Origin: Stegostoma tigrinum | Taxonomy: Eukaryota | Assembly (NCBI RefSeq): GCF_030684315.1 | Contig: NC_081387.1 | Span: 6,428,497 to 6,492,496, forward strand | DNA length: 64,000 nucleotides | Direction: 5' to 3' | Shown: piece after piece, positions 1-13,539 of the stretch | Layout: every line of letters begins with the position of its first letter | Position numbering within the stretch: the first letter of the stretch is position 1 | Position numbers and translations under genes: made by a program | The notes under the pieces: model-generated | Seen by the model: only the letters and a program-made list of their open reading frames with translations | Told to the model about the DNA's origin: nothing | Database searches by the model: none

Positions 1-404
1 GCTCAAAAATCACTCAGAAGTCCAACACAAAGGATGGCACAATTTGAATAAAGGTTTAATTCATATCTAATAATGAAATAAAAGTAAATTTAACACTTTA
101 CCCTAAAAAATTGTCAAGATGACTTGATGGGGGAGGACCACCACAGCAAGCACTTCATGACAAAGCCCGTGAAACAATCATGTGATCCACTCCTCTGTGC
201 ACCAATGGAATTGCATTTCCCTATTCGCCAATGGCGTTACAGCCAATTTGGGTTGCTGGAACACACATTTTAGCAAAACCAACTGTGGAATAAATGCATA
301 AATTGCTGAAGGTGATGGTGCATTTTGAAATGCCTTCTAGGATCCTGGAGTTTTAAGAGGAGGATTAGTGTGTAAAAACAGTGAAGTTATAATAGAGGTA
401 AAAT

Positions 405-620
405 CGCTACAGTTTTAGAAGACAATAGGGCTGCTCTCTCATCAGAGATAGATGATTGGTCGTGGTTTAACCTAAAGATCACCACATCTCAAGTGAGGAG
501 ACGGATTGAGAAGGAGAGTCTTTTATGGTCACCTCAGCCAGCGCAGGAATTCAGTGCATTATATTGGCATCATCTGCATCACAGACCAGCCATATAGCCA
601 ACTGAGCTAACCAGATCCCT
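405..620 (-). mobile_element. tRNA-derived SINE relic
   Basis: The reverse complement of 560-615 reads GGTTAGCTCAGTTGGCTATATGGCTGGTCTGTGATGCAG, a tRNA-like A-box head. A related body fragment recurs at about 10530-10615. Confidence 0.55.
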
Positions 621-1593
621 TCCATAAAGCACTATTGTGATCTGAACTGAAGCAATAAGTACAATTCTGGATATCACACTCCAGGCCAGCTGTGAAGGTT
701 TGAAAGAAGGTACAGAAAAGATTTAGTCAGGGTGGTGTTGGGACTGAGTGATTCAGTTATGTAGACAGTATGGTGAAGGAAGGGCTGATAACCTGAGAGG
801 AGATAGAATGGAAGGGTTCAGAACCAAGAGGGGCTTGGACAGAGCAGTGTAAAAGAAGCCTGATGAACTGGGAACCAGAGGACACCGAGTCAAGGTAATT
901 GATAGATAAGCAAAAGGCAGCATGAGCAGTGAGGGTCTGGAATGCAGTGCCTCAAACTGTGATAGGGGAGTTTTCAGTCACAGCTTTCAAAAGGTTAAGC
1001 ATTTGTAGAGCAAACATTTGCAGGGCTAGAGCACAGGCAAGTGGGACAAAGAGCCGGTCTCCTATGATGTAACCACTCTATCATTTTACGTCTTGATCAA
1101 TCCCACCAAGATTGAACAGGATGGAAATTGGGAAGCCAGCATTGGTACTTCTTATATGTTATGGATAGAAGAGAAACTTAACACTGGCAGACCACTGTAA
1201 TTTATGCATCTAGCCTGTTATGACACAAATGTGATTTCAACTTCGATCCAATGTAATGATGTGAGAGTAATTAACCACAAGACCGCAAAATTGCAAATGT
1301 ATTTATTTCATTCCCATCTGAAGATGTGCGTTACTGCTCAGTGCAGACTGTCAGCCAGGATGTGAAAGCATTGCACAACAGGCCACAGTTTAACCTCAGA
1401 AGGGAGCACCATTCTACTGCGGGACCACTTTGAAGAAGCCCTATTGTGCCCTCAGCTTAGTCCCATGTGTTTGTTGCCCAGAACACAAAGCTTCGCTTCA
1501 TTTAGTCTTCAGTCTATCCTGCAGCTCAGAACCTTATTGCAGTGATCCTACTCCTGATCCATGCTAAGGTCAGCTTTTGACATTTTTATCAAT

Positions 1594-1775
1594 AAAGAAA
1601 GAATTAACATTATTTATGTGACATCTTTCACAGCCTCTGGATGTGTTCGAGTATTTTGCACTTAACAAAATGCTTTTTTGAAGAGTAGTTAGTTGCAGGG
1701 AACCACAGGAGCCAATTTAGACACAGCAAGATCATACATCCAGCAGTCTGGTGAATAACTAGATCTGTTTCAACA
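1594..1775 (-). mobile_element. Deu-domain SINE (SacSINE1/AmnSINE-like) 3' fragment
   Basis: AAAGAAAG tail followed by ...GCCAATTTAGACACAGCAAGATC..., matching the reverse complement of the Deu-SINE 3' region as I recall it. Confidence 0.5.
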
Positions 1776-2879
1776 GTCATAAACAGGATTGTGCATTAAA
1801 AGATCCAATCTGAAAGGTTGGGATAAAATATGGAACCGGTATTGGGTTTTTGGAAGCAGCATCTGGTTTCTGGACTGTTCACATTGTAGTTCCAGGAGCA
1901 TCTATCTTTGGTCAGTTCCTATTTCTCAACTACATGCTGTCCCTTGGCAACATCATCTGAAAATACAATATTCCATAATGTCTGCTGATAAGTCCCAACT
2001 CTGCTTCATCATTACCTATCTTGACTTGTTTAGTATCCAGTACTAGAGATAAGTGGAAATTGGGAACCATCTGAGCTTTACAACTTGAGCTTGAGATGAA
2101 CTTCCAACCATATTGCCTCTGGTATGAAGATTGTCATCTCTGCAACACTTTTAGCTGGAATGGAAATTGATTAAAACCACTGGAAAAGGAGAGAGAGAGT
2201 TTGATGTTGGCAACAATGGTCGTTCAAGATTCAGATGCTTCAGAAAATAACAGGCCAGGTCAAGAAGGGCCTGAATGGGCAGTATCAGAACATGGACAGA
2301 GAGAGAAATGACAACAGTGTACTGCCTGCAGTGAACAGAGAGAGAGAGGCTTACAACTCCCCGTACAATCTGGATGAATGGGTGGATTATTTTTCAATAA
2401 ATAAAAACAGCCAATACAGTGAAATTGTTGAGTCAAAAGACTATGCAAGAACAAGGAAACTTGAGGGTATTTGTATACCAACTTGACAGAGCAGGCTGAC
2501 AAAAGTTAGTTAAATATTTCTGATCCTGAGCTTTACGAGTAGAGAAATAAATTATAATAGATACAAAGCTTTGCTAAACTTACCTAAAATGCTCAAAGAA
2601 CTGCCTTTAATTCAAGACGCTACAGCACATGAACTGCAGCAGTTCAAGAAGAGAGCTCATTACCAGCTACTCAAGGCCAGCTAGGGATGGGCAACAAGTG
2701 CTAGCCCAGCCAGAAAAGACCATATTCCATGAATGAATAAAAATGAAGCTTATTCATTAGAAAGGACATGAACAGTTGCCAAAAAGTACAGGCAGAATTC
2801 ATACGAATGGTTGCAGGATTGAGGGATTTTAGTTGTAGTCTATTGATTGTTGAACTGTAAAAGGAAGGTTATCATTAAC

Positions 2880-3355
2880 CCTGGAGACGGTTCAAAGAGA
2901 TTTACCAGGATGTTGCTGGGGGTGGAAGGTTTGAGTTATAAGGAGAGGCTGGATAGACTGGGAATGGAGTGTAAGAGTTTGAGGGGTGACATTCTAGAGG
3001 TTTATAAAGCCCATGAAAGGTGTAGGTAAGGTGAACAACAGGTGTCTTTTCCTTAGAGTGAGGCTTTCAAGATCAGGAGGCATATTTTTAGGGTGAGAGT
3101 AGAAAGATTTTAAGAAAGACATGGGGGAAATTTTCTTATTCAGAGTGATTTACGTGTGGAATGAACTTCCAGAGGAAATGTTGAATGTAGGTACAGTTAC
3201 AACGTTTAAAATATTTTAGGTTACGACATGAATAAGAAATATTTGGAAGGATATGAGTCAAGCACAGGCAGGTGGGAATAGTTTAATTTTGGGATTATGC
3301 TCAGTGTGGACTGTTTGGACCGAAGAATCTGTTTTTGTGCTGTATTGCTCTTTGC
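2880..3355 (+). mobile_element. CR1-type LINE 3' fragment
   Basis: Translates KRFTRMLLGVEGLSYKERLDRLG (CR1 ORF2 C-terminus), followed by a typical 3' UTR (GGACCGAAG...CTGTTT). Confidence 0.85.
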
Positions 3356-3907
3356 TGAATGACCTCAAATATTCAGTTCCCATTCTCAGTCACTATGCAG
3401 CCACATTTCCGCAATAGCAATTAGATCATATGCACTTACCTCTAGATGTGCATTTAAATCATTTCTCTGATTGTGAGTGCAGAGTGCATTGATGTGGCGT
3501 GACATTAACCTTTTTACATTATTTTGCATTCGGAGCTCAGTTAATGCTGGATTGTAAATCACCTCCCTTTAATTTCACTTGCCACTTGACTATATCCTGT
3601 TACTAATGTTGCCTCCTTTCAATTTGAGTTATTCCTTAGGTTTTGTGAGTGAGATTAAAACATTTTCAGCTGTAGCAAATCTCCTTTCAAGACAAACAGT
3701 CTCAGTCCTGTTCCAACTCATCCAGTTTCACAAAATTTCAATTTCACACAATTTCACAAAAATTCCTGGAAATCACAGCTGCTCCTGCAGCATCCATGGA
3801 GAGAAATTAAGCTTACGCTTTAAGTCTAGATGAGAGCTCATCAGAGCTGTCTTGTTCTCTCCCTCCTACCTTAATTCTCTGGCCATGTGTTCAATTAATC
3901 CACCTTT

Positions 3908-4690
3908 CTAATCCAATGCTTGTGACAATGGGAGTAATTGTGAGATTACTGCTCCTGATGTCCTCTTTTTAGTGAAAAAATTCCTTCCTAACTCTCTAAA
4001 ATCTTCTGTCAGGACCTTATCTCTGTTCCTACCTATCTCGTTAGTACCAATGTAGAGCCTAATATCTAGATGTTTGCCATCTATCAGAAGGATGCCTAGC
4101 AGCTGTTCTGGGACACTCTTGAGCCTGGAAACTGGATTGGGGGTTGGGGGGTGGGATGGACAGGGGGTGTGGGAACCATCCTGGAGTCTCATTTACCGCT
4201 TCAGAAATGCCTGTTTGATCCCCTGAACATGGAAGTCTTTATCACCATCACTCTTGCCCACTTTTCCAGCCTCTTGCAAACAGCAGAGTGACAAGTGGTG
4301 CCATGGATGTGACTACAGTTGCACTCTCCTGAGGTACAAATGCCTTCACCAGCATCCAAAAGCAATTAGCAAACAAGGTCAACTCAGGGAACTTAACCAC
4401 TGCCTGCTAATCAGTTTTCCATTTTGAATACTCGTGAGGGTGATTCCCACTTGACCACACTTCACCAACATGTGGTGTGACCACCTCCATATCCATGTCA
4501 TGCAAATGGTTCGCTGCCTCAAGATGCAGTGAGCCTCACCACTACTGGAGTTGCAAAGTTCAGACATCAAGGTTATGCAGCTGGTTACATTTCTGGGGAC
4601 ACATTTGTCTGGGACATATGGTACACCCATGATTTCCCACATATTACAGTATATCCATTCCCTTTGGCTGAGTTGGCCTGCCATACTGTA
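3908..4690 (-). mobile_element. CR1 LINE ORF1 relic (zinc finger/leucine zipper + SGNH esterase)
   Basis: YIGTNEIGRNRDKVLTEDFRELG (esterase GxND-like block) and upstream CNMWEIMGVPYVPDKC; broken by frameshifts. Confidence 0.7.
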
Positions 4691-4914
4691 AACTTTTAAA
4701 AAATAATTTGATTTAATCAGAATAAGCATGATAAATTCAGTTACCCACCAATCAATCTTTTTCCCTTGTACCAAAGTAACAGACAATTGTTAGAGGCTGC
4801 AAAATAGAAGGAAAGGGAAAGAAAGAAAAGACAATGAGTACTTCTTTCTTGTCCCCATCACACTATATTACTGCCAAGTTCCCACTTGACAATCTGTGAG
4901 CTTCCAAGGCCACA

Positions 4915-6190
4915 CTGAGTACAGGAGTGAGATATTCAGGAGTGAGTGCAATGGAGTGAAAGGTGCAGGAATCCTGGTTTGTTGAATGAAGTTTGGAGGA
5001 GTGAGAGATGAAGTGTGAGAGTTGGAGGAAGGAGGAGTGGAGGTGAGGTATACAGCATTGAGTGGTGAGCGTTTGAGAAGTGAGTATTGCAAGAGTGAAG
5101 GATCGAAGATTGAGGATATGACTACTCAAGGGAAACACAGGGGCACAGTGGGTATCAGGTTTGATTCCACCCTCTGGCAACTATCCTGTGGAATTTACAC
5201 ATTCTCCTTGTGTATGCATGGGTTTCCTCAGGGTGCTCTGGTTTCCTCCAACAGTCCAAAGCTGTACGGTTTAGGTGGATTGGCCATACTAAATTGCTGA
5301 TAGTGCCCAGAGATGTGTAGCTGAAGTGGATTAGCAATGGGAAATGCAAGGTCATAGGAATTAGGTGGGGGAAGGGAGTTTGGGTGAGATGCTTTCAGTG
5401 TGGACTCCATGGGACAAATGACCTGTTTCCACACTGTTGGGATTCTATGACTGAAAGATGGGCAAGTGAATGGTTCAGAAGTGAAGGCTACAGGTCCAAA
5501 GGGAGGGGTGTAGGAATGAAAGGTGGAGATAATGAAGTGTGCAGTGAAGGTGTAATACTGCAGGGGTGTGTGTGGTGTTGGGGAGCTGCAGAAGTGAGGA
5601 TGGAGGACTGAGTGGTGGAATGAGATGAAAGAATGAGAGGTGCAGAAGTGAGAGATTCAGGAGTGAACAGTGAAGCATTGAGTGGTACGGGAATGAGGGA
5701 TGAAGCGGTGACCATCATAGTGTTGTGGAGATCCACAGCTTAGAAACATGGCCCAACTTGCCCATGCTGCCTAGTTTTCACAATGAAAGTAGACTCTTTT
5801 GCCTGAATTTGGTCCTTATCCATCCATAGCCATCCTATCCATGTACCTGTCCAAATGTGAGGGGTGCAGGGGAGAGCAGTGCAGCAGTCAATGGTTCAGT
5901 AATGAGGGATATGGTTGTGAATGGTACAGGATTGACAGATGTAAGAGTGAAGAATATGAAGGAGGAGGTGTGACAGCGATGGGTATATGGAGTTAAGGGT
6001 GCAGCTGTGAAGGGTGTGGAGTAGAGAGGTACAGCATTGAGGGGTATGGATTCAAGGGTGCAGGAATGGGGAGAGCAGGAGCAAGGGGTTCAGGTCTGAG
6101 AAATTGAGGAATGAGGGGTGCAGGAGTAACTGAGTAAGGAGTAGTGATAAAGATATAACAATTACAGGAAGTTGTGCAACTGAACATTAA
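4915..6190 (+). repeat. Degenerate purine-rich repeat (GAGTGAGGGGTGCAG-like units) interrupted by a SINE
   Basis: Recurrent GGTGCAGGA / GAGTGAG / GTACAGCATTGAG words with strong G/A strand bias. Confidence 0.6.
5140..5448 (+). mobile_element. HE1-like V-SINE
   Basis: tRNA-like head, V-domain (TGTGGAATTTACACATTCTCC...GGTTTCCTC...AGTCCAAAG) and CR1-like tail (CCTGTTTCCACACTGT..GGATTCTATGA). Further copies at about 12723-13035(-), 14857-15140(-), 18290-18616(+), 18753-18917(-), 48838-49130(-), 55955-56238(+), 57190-57478(+) and 61630-61937(+). Confidence 0.85.
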
Positions 6191-8304
6191 TATTGGAACA
6201 CGCTCCCAGGAGTGACAGACAGAGTTAGTTGAGGGATTACCCAGCTTTTATACCTGAATGACCTTGCACCTAAAGTAAACACAACTGGGTGCCACATTTG
6301 CAAAACAAATACTTGACAAATTGCCAGATATCTCTGTTAGAATACATTATAAACAAAACACATGAAATATATCTATATATTAATAGCAAAAAATACAATC
6401 TTCAAAATAAATATCCTGACTTTTTAAAACCATAATTTTATACCATAAAGTTATGCAAAAATGCACACATTCCATTCATCAAAAAAAACCAAAAACTTAT
6501 GGATGCTTGAAATCTAAAAACAAGACAGAAATTGCTGGAGAAACTCAGCAGTATCTATGGAGAAAAGGTTTGGAATCCAATCACCCTTCTTCAGAACTAG
6601 GAAAAAGGTAGGATTAGCGCTGATTATGTGGTGCAGGAGAATAGGTGTAGACAGAGTGCAGAGAGAGAGAGAAAGTTTGGCCCGGAATGAAGAAAAAAAT
6701 GACCATGGGGACTAGAAATGAGTGAAAGTTCATTGGCCGTGCATGACATGACAGGGTGCTAGTAGCTAACGGACTTAGAAGGTGGCGATGTTCAGGCCCT
6801 AAAATTATTGAACTCGATACTGAGTCCCGAAGGCTCCGAGCAGAAAACGAAACCTTATTTCTTCCAAAATTGTTCTCAGCCTCGCTCGGGCACTGCTGAG
6901 CTTCCCTTGTCATTTCTGTTTTCGTTAAAGGTCTTCAGCATCCGCAGTTGTTTGCTTTATTTTTAGAATTTAAACACAAAACACTTTATTTTCGGAATGA
7001 ATTCTTTCAGGCGAACAGTGCCAGACTCGGTGATGGGGACAGACACGAAAGCGCTCTCCAGTAAAAGCACTGAGGCTTTGATGAGTGAACGAGGGCCCGT
7101 TGTTGTCGTTCCTTGGGCATGTAGCAATCCTTTGTCGGTATCCCTATCGGCAAGCTACTACCATTGGCTCCGGTCTCCCTTCTCCGGCCAGATGCTCACG
7201 TTGCATACATCTCTCGGCGGACTGACGCCTCCCGCCGATGGGGAAGCCACCGAGAACTGATGTTCTGATGGGCTTTTGGTCAGGATGAGTCGTTTCCCCT
7301 CCCTGTTTCCTGTGCTGGTGAAGTCTCCACTCGGACTTGGAGGGAGTGAGTTGCCTTGAGGCTGGCGACTTCAGAGACACTGACGCCCCGGAAGAGTTTC
7401 CCTAGGGCTGCTGCTCACGACCAGGAGGTCGGCAGCAGGTATTCAGGTGCACGGCTCGTCACTGTAGGACTCCCGGTGTCGATCCTGGTGGAGCAGCAGA
7501 TATAGTTTCCAGTGTGTCTCCTGGCGTAGTTCCCTGGTGCTGCTGTCCCACTTGTAGATCTTGCCGTAGTAATAGGTTTTGGTTTGCCGTGCGATTTCTA
7601 GCGTTCGTTTCCAGTGCAGCTCCTGGTATATCTCCTAGTGGCTAAGTCCTGGTGTACTTCGCTCTGGGGAATTCCTGGTATTCCCGTACCGCTACTGTAG
7701 CTCCAAGTGTTTCTCCTGGTGGAAGTTCCCAGTGTCGCTCCTGGTACTGCTGGCCACAGTTTGGAGAATGGAGAGCTCGAAGAGAGGCACGATGATTCTG
7801 CATTTGACTGCGTTGACTCTCCTGACTGCGGCTGGAGCCCATGCTGGTAAGGACGGAAGGGGATCTGGGGAATGAATGAGCTGGTGCTGGTCGTGGTCAC
7901 TCACCCACAGACCAAATGAAATACCTTTGCCGCTCTGCGAAGTCTGCGTGACGAACTGAGGGACTGAAAATCCTGTCTCACAAGCCTGTCGCAAGAGTTC
8001 TGGGTAAACACAAGCAGACTCTCGACTCGTAAGTTGTGAGCAAACTGCTCAATTCGAGCCCACGGGCTCAATTTCACAAACAAAACTCCAGCGAAGATGC
8101 CCCCGCAGAGTCCTGCAGTGTGAGTCGATATGGATTGACAGAGTGAGAGTCAGAGAAAATACAGTGTGGAGCTGGATGAACAGAGCAGGCCAGGCAGCAT
8201 CAGAGGAGCAGGAAAGTTGACGTTTCGGGACGGGACCCTTCTTCAGAAGTTCACGACTGACAGCGTGACGCACTGTCAGAGACTGAGTAAAACGGGAGTA
8301 CCTG

Positions 8305-9910
8305 AACTGTCAGAGGGTCAGGACTGAGGGAGTGTCACACTGTCACAGGGTCAGTACTGAGGGAGTGTCACACTGTCACAGGGTCAGTACTGAGGGAGTG
8401 CCGCACTGTCACAGGGTCAGTACTGAGGGAGTGTCACACTGTCAGAGGGTCAGTACTGAGGGAGTGTCACACTGTCAGAGGGTCAGTACTGAGGGAGTGC
8501 TGCACTGTCAGAGGGTCAGTACTGAGGGAGTGTCACACTGTCAGAGGGTCAGTACTGAGGGAGTGCTGCACTGTCAGAGGGTCAGTACTGAGGGAGTGTC
8601 ACACTGCCAGAGGGTCAGTACTGAGGGAGTGTCACACTGTCAGAGGGTCAGTACTGAGGGAGTGCCGCACTGTCACAGGGTCAGTACTGAGGGAGTGCAG
8701 CACTGTCACAGGGTCAGTACTGAGGGAGTGCCGCACTGTCACAGGGTCAGTACTGAGGGAGTGCCACACTGTCAGAGGGTCATTACTGAGGGAGCACTGC
8801 ACCGCCAGAGGGTCATTACTGAGGGACTGCTGCAAATTCAGAGGGTCAGTACTGAGGGAGTGTCACACTGTCAGAGGGTCAGTACTGACGGTGTGCCACA
8901 CAGTTAGAGGGTCAGTACTGAGGGAGTGCAGCACTGTCAGAGGGTCAGTACTGAGGGAGTGTCACACTATCAGAGGGTCAGTACTGAGGGAGTGTCACAC
9001 TGTCAGAGGGTCAGTACTGAGGGAGTGCTGCACTGTCAGGGGGTCAGTACTGAGGGAGTGTGCACTGTCAGAGGGTCAGTACTGAGGGAATGCCACACTG
9101 CTAAAGGGTCAGTAGTGAGGGAGTGCCACACTGCCAGAGGGTCACTACTGAGGGATCGCTGCACTGCCAGAGGGTAAGTACTGAGGGAGTGCTGCACTGT
9201 CAGAGGGTCAGTACTGAGGGAGTGCCGCAAAGTCAGAGGATCAGTACTGAGGGAGTGCCACACTGCCAGAGGGTCAGTACTGCGGGAGTTCCGCACTGTC
9301 AGAGGGTCACTACTGAGGGACGCTGCACTGCCAGAGGGTCAGTACTGAGGGAGTGTTGCAAAGTCAGAGGGTCAGTACTGAGGGTGTGCCACACTGTCAG
9401 AGCGTCAGTACTGAGGGAGTGCTGCACCGTCAGAGGGTCAGTACTGAGGGAGTGTGCACTGTCAGAGGGACAGTCCTGAAGGAGCTCTGTACTGTCAGCG
9501 AGTCAGTATTGAGGCAGTGCTGCACTGTTAGAAAGGCTTTACCCAGGGACTTCTGCCCTGTCAGATGCCCTGTGCTGTGGGAGCACTGCAGAGACACATA
9601 GAAAGTACTGATGAGGTACTGCTCTGTCAAAGGTTCAGTACTGAGGGAGTGCTACACTGTCAGAGGGTCAGTGCTAAGGGAGTGCCACACTGTCAGAGTG
9701 CCAGTGCTGAGCTAGAGAGGCACTGTCAGAGGGTCAGTACTGAGGGAGTGCAGCACTGTCCGAGGGTCAGTACTGAGGGAGTGCTGCACTGTCAGAAGGT
9801 CAGTACTGAGGGAGTGCAGCACTGTCCGAGGGTCAGTACTGAGGGAGTGCCGCACTGTCAGAGGGTCAGTACTGAGGGAGTGCCACACTGTCAGAGTGTC
9901 AGTCATGAGG
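8305..9910 (+). repeat. 33-bp tandem repeat array, about 48 units (consensus CACTGTCAGAGGGTCAGTACTGAGGGAGTGCNG)
   Basis: Directly visible 33-nt periodicity, giving 11-aa periodic pseudo-ORFs. Confidence 0.97.
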
Positions 9911-10659
9911 CAGCAATTCCTGTCTGAGAAATGAAGAATGGAGTAAGGATGAAACAGAGAGATTAACAGGATTAAGGGGATGAACTGTGACTCATTTATT
10001 GAAAATGGTGGTGGAATGAGTAATTGAGGATTGAAGGATAAAGGTGGACATCTGCTGTGGCGAATGTAAACATGTGAACAGCCTCCATAGATGAGGATAC
10101 CATCAGCATTGGACACATGTTGGGAAAGGTGACTGGGACAGGCTCTGGCTTTAAGAAGGCACTATTGAATGAGTTCCCTGGTCTTCCTGTTCCTCCACTT
10201 TCTACTTTACCACAAGCTTTTACTGGAAGCTGCTCTCATTGACTCAGTCCCCTCCTCAAGCAGCAGCTCGATATTGGTTTTATGCTGACAAAACTGGGAA
10301 CTGATGTAATGACTAAAGGGGAAGTGAACGTGAAACTAAGCATGTGTGTTCAGCTCTTGTGCCCGCTGAGGTCACTGCTGCCTAACTGCACCCCTTCTCT
10401 CTCAATTTATTTCAGAGCTCCTTTCCCCCTGCCCCCATTTCTGATGAAGGGCCCCGACCCGAGACATCAGCTTTCCAAATGATGCCTGGTCGGCTGTGTT
10501 CCTCCAGCTCCGCGCTGTGCTATATCTTACTTCACCCCATGCGTGAGGCATGGTGACTGTCAGGTTAAAACACTACCAATTGTCTCTCTGATGAGAGAGT
10601 AGTTCTCTGTGACTTTATTGTACTTTATTAGTCAGACAGATGATGAGTCTCTTTCTACC

Positions 10660-10790
10660 TCATTGCTGATTGTGTGTGTTTGGTGAATGGGATTTGGCTA
10701 TCTCTTTCCAATATTACAAACATGAAGGCACCACAAATTCTTTGAATAATACTTAGGAATGTCCTGAAGTGCTGGGAAAGAGGCATAATG
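10660..10790 (+). mobile_element. Deu-domain SINE 3' remnant downstream of the 33-bp array
   Basis: CATTGCTGATTGTG...TTGGCT...TTTCCAATATTACAA...GGAATGTCCTGAAGT resembles the Deu-SINE 3' end, in the same orientation as the array. Confidence 0.5.
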
Positions 10791-11139
10791 GAGTTTAGAA
10801 ATGCTGACATTTCAATCATAAGCATCACAGGGTTAAATTCTCATGATTCATACATTCGGATTAAATGCCTCAGGTCAAATGCTCAGGCCTAGCTACTGGA
10901 TCAAAGGCCTCAAACTCAGGCCTCTCTGATGCACCATTCAGCTGCACTTAAAGTTTCACCCAATCTCGCTGCTTCAATGTGCTTCTGACCCAAGGCCCAT
11001 TCTTCATTCTCTCCTTTGGAGGGGAACAGAGTCTAGACAGCCCCAAGCTTATTTGCTTCAGGATGATGACAGTGTTTTATGTGTGTGTGTGTCTGTTTGT
11101 GTGTGTGCCTCTGTGTGTATGTGTATGAATGTTCATGTT

Positions 11140-11348
11140 NNNNNNNNNNNNNNNNNNNNNNNNNNNNNNNNNNNNNNNNNNNNNNNNNNNNNNNNNNNNN
11201 NNNNNNNNNNNNNNNNNNNNNNNNNNNNNNNNNNNNNNNNNNNNNNNNNNNNNNNNNNNNNNNNNNNNNNNNNNNNNNNNNNNNNNNNNNNNNNNNNNNN
11301 NNNNNNNNNNNNNNNNNNNNNNNNNNNNNNNNNNNNNNNNNNNNNNNN
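11140..11348. other. Assembly gap (N run) next to a (TG)n microsatellite
   Basis: 209 N; TG-rich tract at 11079-11125. Confidence 0.99.
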
Positions 11349-12095
11349 CTGTACTCTGCCCCCACCCCCCAGGCATTCCTATAGGCATCCAGGGGCATCA
11401 ACTTCAAATTGAACCTCCACCCAGAGAGGTCCCTCTCTCAACATCCTGCCTGTAGGGGACATTCAGAACCCAGACTCAAACTGCACCCATAACCACCTCT
11501 CCATCTCCTGTTTCAACTGGAGAGACAATCGTAGGCATTTGGTGAGACCATGCCTGGAAAACAGTCAGCTCTTTTAGTCTCCCTGTCTCAGGCATCATTG
11601 CAAGGATGATCCCAGAGGATTGGCCTAGGATAAGAAATTGAGTGAATTGGGATCATATTCTCTGCAGTTCCAAAGAATTAGAGGTGATAGTAGTGTCCCA
11701 TCAGGATACTGCTGACAGCCATGCTTGGGGAAACTAAAGCACTTGGTCAAGGATAAAGGGGTTCATTGTTTATGACTGAAATAAGGAGAAATGTGTTTTC
11801 TTCAGAGAGGGTGGTGAATTTTTGGAATTCTCTGGCCCAGACAGTTGCAGGTGCTCCAGTCTCTTTGATGCCTGAAGCAAACAGAGTTTTGAGCTTTCAG
11901 GAAATTGAAGGTGAAGGGGATAGGCTGAATGGGCAGGAAGGCTGTCTCCAGTTCTTATTTCATGACCATTCATTTCTTGCCCATTTCCTTGAAGGTGAGG
12001 GTGTCAAAGGCAGATCAGGTCCTGAGGCCGGCAGGTAGGGGCTACGGGGGTGCTCTGTCCCTCATTCATGATCCTTGTGTGTGACCTTCCCTCAG

Positions 12096-12344
12096 GCTCC
12101 CACAGCTTGCAGTATCTCTTCATTTACGCCCCCCTGCATCGGGACCTCCCGCAGCTCTCTATGATTGGAATGTTGGATGATCTTCAGATCGAGTACTATG
12201 ACAGCTCCCTCAATAGGATTCAGCCCAGACAGCAATGGATGGCCAGCAAGATCTCGGACGATTACTGGCAGGAGCAGACCATGGCTGTAGATGCACTTCA
12301 AAACCACATCTTCAGGAAAACTGCTCCAGTTGTCACAATGCTTG
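12096..12344 (+). CDS. Non-classical MHC class I heavy chain, alpha1 exon
   Basis: Acceptor ccctcAG, phase 1, open frame (G)SHSLQYLFIYAPLHRDLPQLSMIGMLDDLQIEYYDSSLNRIQPRQQWMASKISDDYWQEQTMAVDALQNHIFRKTAPVVTML(G), donor G|GTACGT. Class I hallmarks GSHSLxY, GxLDD, YDS, PRxxWM and YWxxxT. Confidence 0.93.
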
Positions 12345-13539
12345 GTACGTCACATTGGTCCTAGTGCACCCTTGTAAGTCAAAATGGAATTCGGGTAACA
12401 CTAATGTATCATGGGTATAAACTGACATGGGGCAGTGACCGATGGTTCTTCACCTTTCCAGTTATCTAATTACAAAAGGAAATATGGTAACAACAGCTTG
12501 TGATTATGTAACAGCCCTAATTTGATTTGATTGAATCTATTATTGTCACATGTACCCAGTACTGTGAAAAGTTTTGTTTTGCATGCAGTGCGTTCTTACC
12601 ATAAAAGAGAGCAAGGGATACAATGTTACACCTGCAGACAATGTGCGCAAACAGTGAGGTCAATGTTAAATTCAGAAGTCTAACAACGGCCTTTAATATA
12701 CTAAATGTCCTAAGGTGCTTCATAGAATCCCTACAGCACAGAAAGAGGCTATTCAGCCCATCAAGTCTGCACTGATCCTCCGAGAAGCATCTCACCCATG
12801 TACTCATAACCACACATTTCCAATACCTAACCCACTTAGCCTGCATACCTCTGGAAACTACAGGGCATTTTGCACAGTCAATCCACCTAACCGGCATATC
12901 TTTAGGCTGTGGGAGGAAACCTACACCTACATGGGGAGCATGTGCAGACTTCATCACAGCGAATCACCCCAACCTAGAGTTAGGCTTGGGTCCCTGGTGC
13001 CATGTCGCACCAGTGCTAACCATTGAGCCACCATGCTTCACAGGAGGGGCAGCAAAGAAAACTTGACAATGAGTTGTCATACCTTTGTCAAAGCATCACT
13101 TTGAGGAAGAATCTTAAAGGAGAAAACTGAGGTAGAGAGGCAGGGAAAGAGATGGAAGGAATTTCAGAACTTGGGCTCATGGTCCATTGAAGGTGCTGTC
13201 ACCAGTAATGGAGCGATTATGATCAGACATGCTCAAAACCCCAGAAAGGTCTGAATCTAGTACCAGAGCATTGGAGATAAAAATGAGAGGTTGGCTATTT
13301 AGACAGATATGAGGAAACAATGTTTTCTTTCCGAGGGTTGTGAGTCTTTGGTATTCTCTTCCACAAAATAGTTCCGTTAGAAATGTGGGTGTTAAGCAAG
13401 ATAGGTAAAGAAAAGGTGCGAAAACGGTTGACAGCACTCCAGGTTGAAAAGATGCCAGCCCCCAAAATAGCTGAGAGAGGTAAGAGAGCAAATTGTGGTG
13501 TCAATGTCAGAAATTTTCCAGGCCTCGCTGAACACAAAA

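Noticed and set aside
11033-11455. ORFs spanning the N-run
   Set aside because: Artefacts of translating through an assembly gap and a TG microsatellite.
11928-12034. Candidate MHC leader exon (ATG about 11928; donors at 11995 or 12035)
   Set aside because: With the 11995 donor the ATG frame is phase 0, which does not fit alpha1. With the 12035 donor the intron is only 61 nt and the peptide is not signal-like. The ATG sits at the end of a CR1 fragment. The leader remains unresolved and may lie in the 11140-11348 gap.
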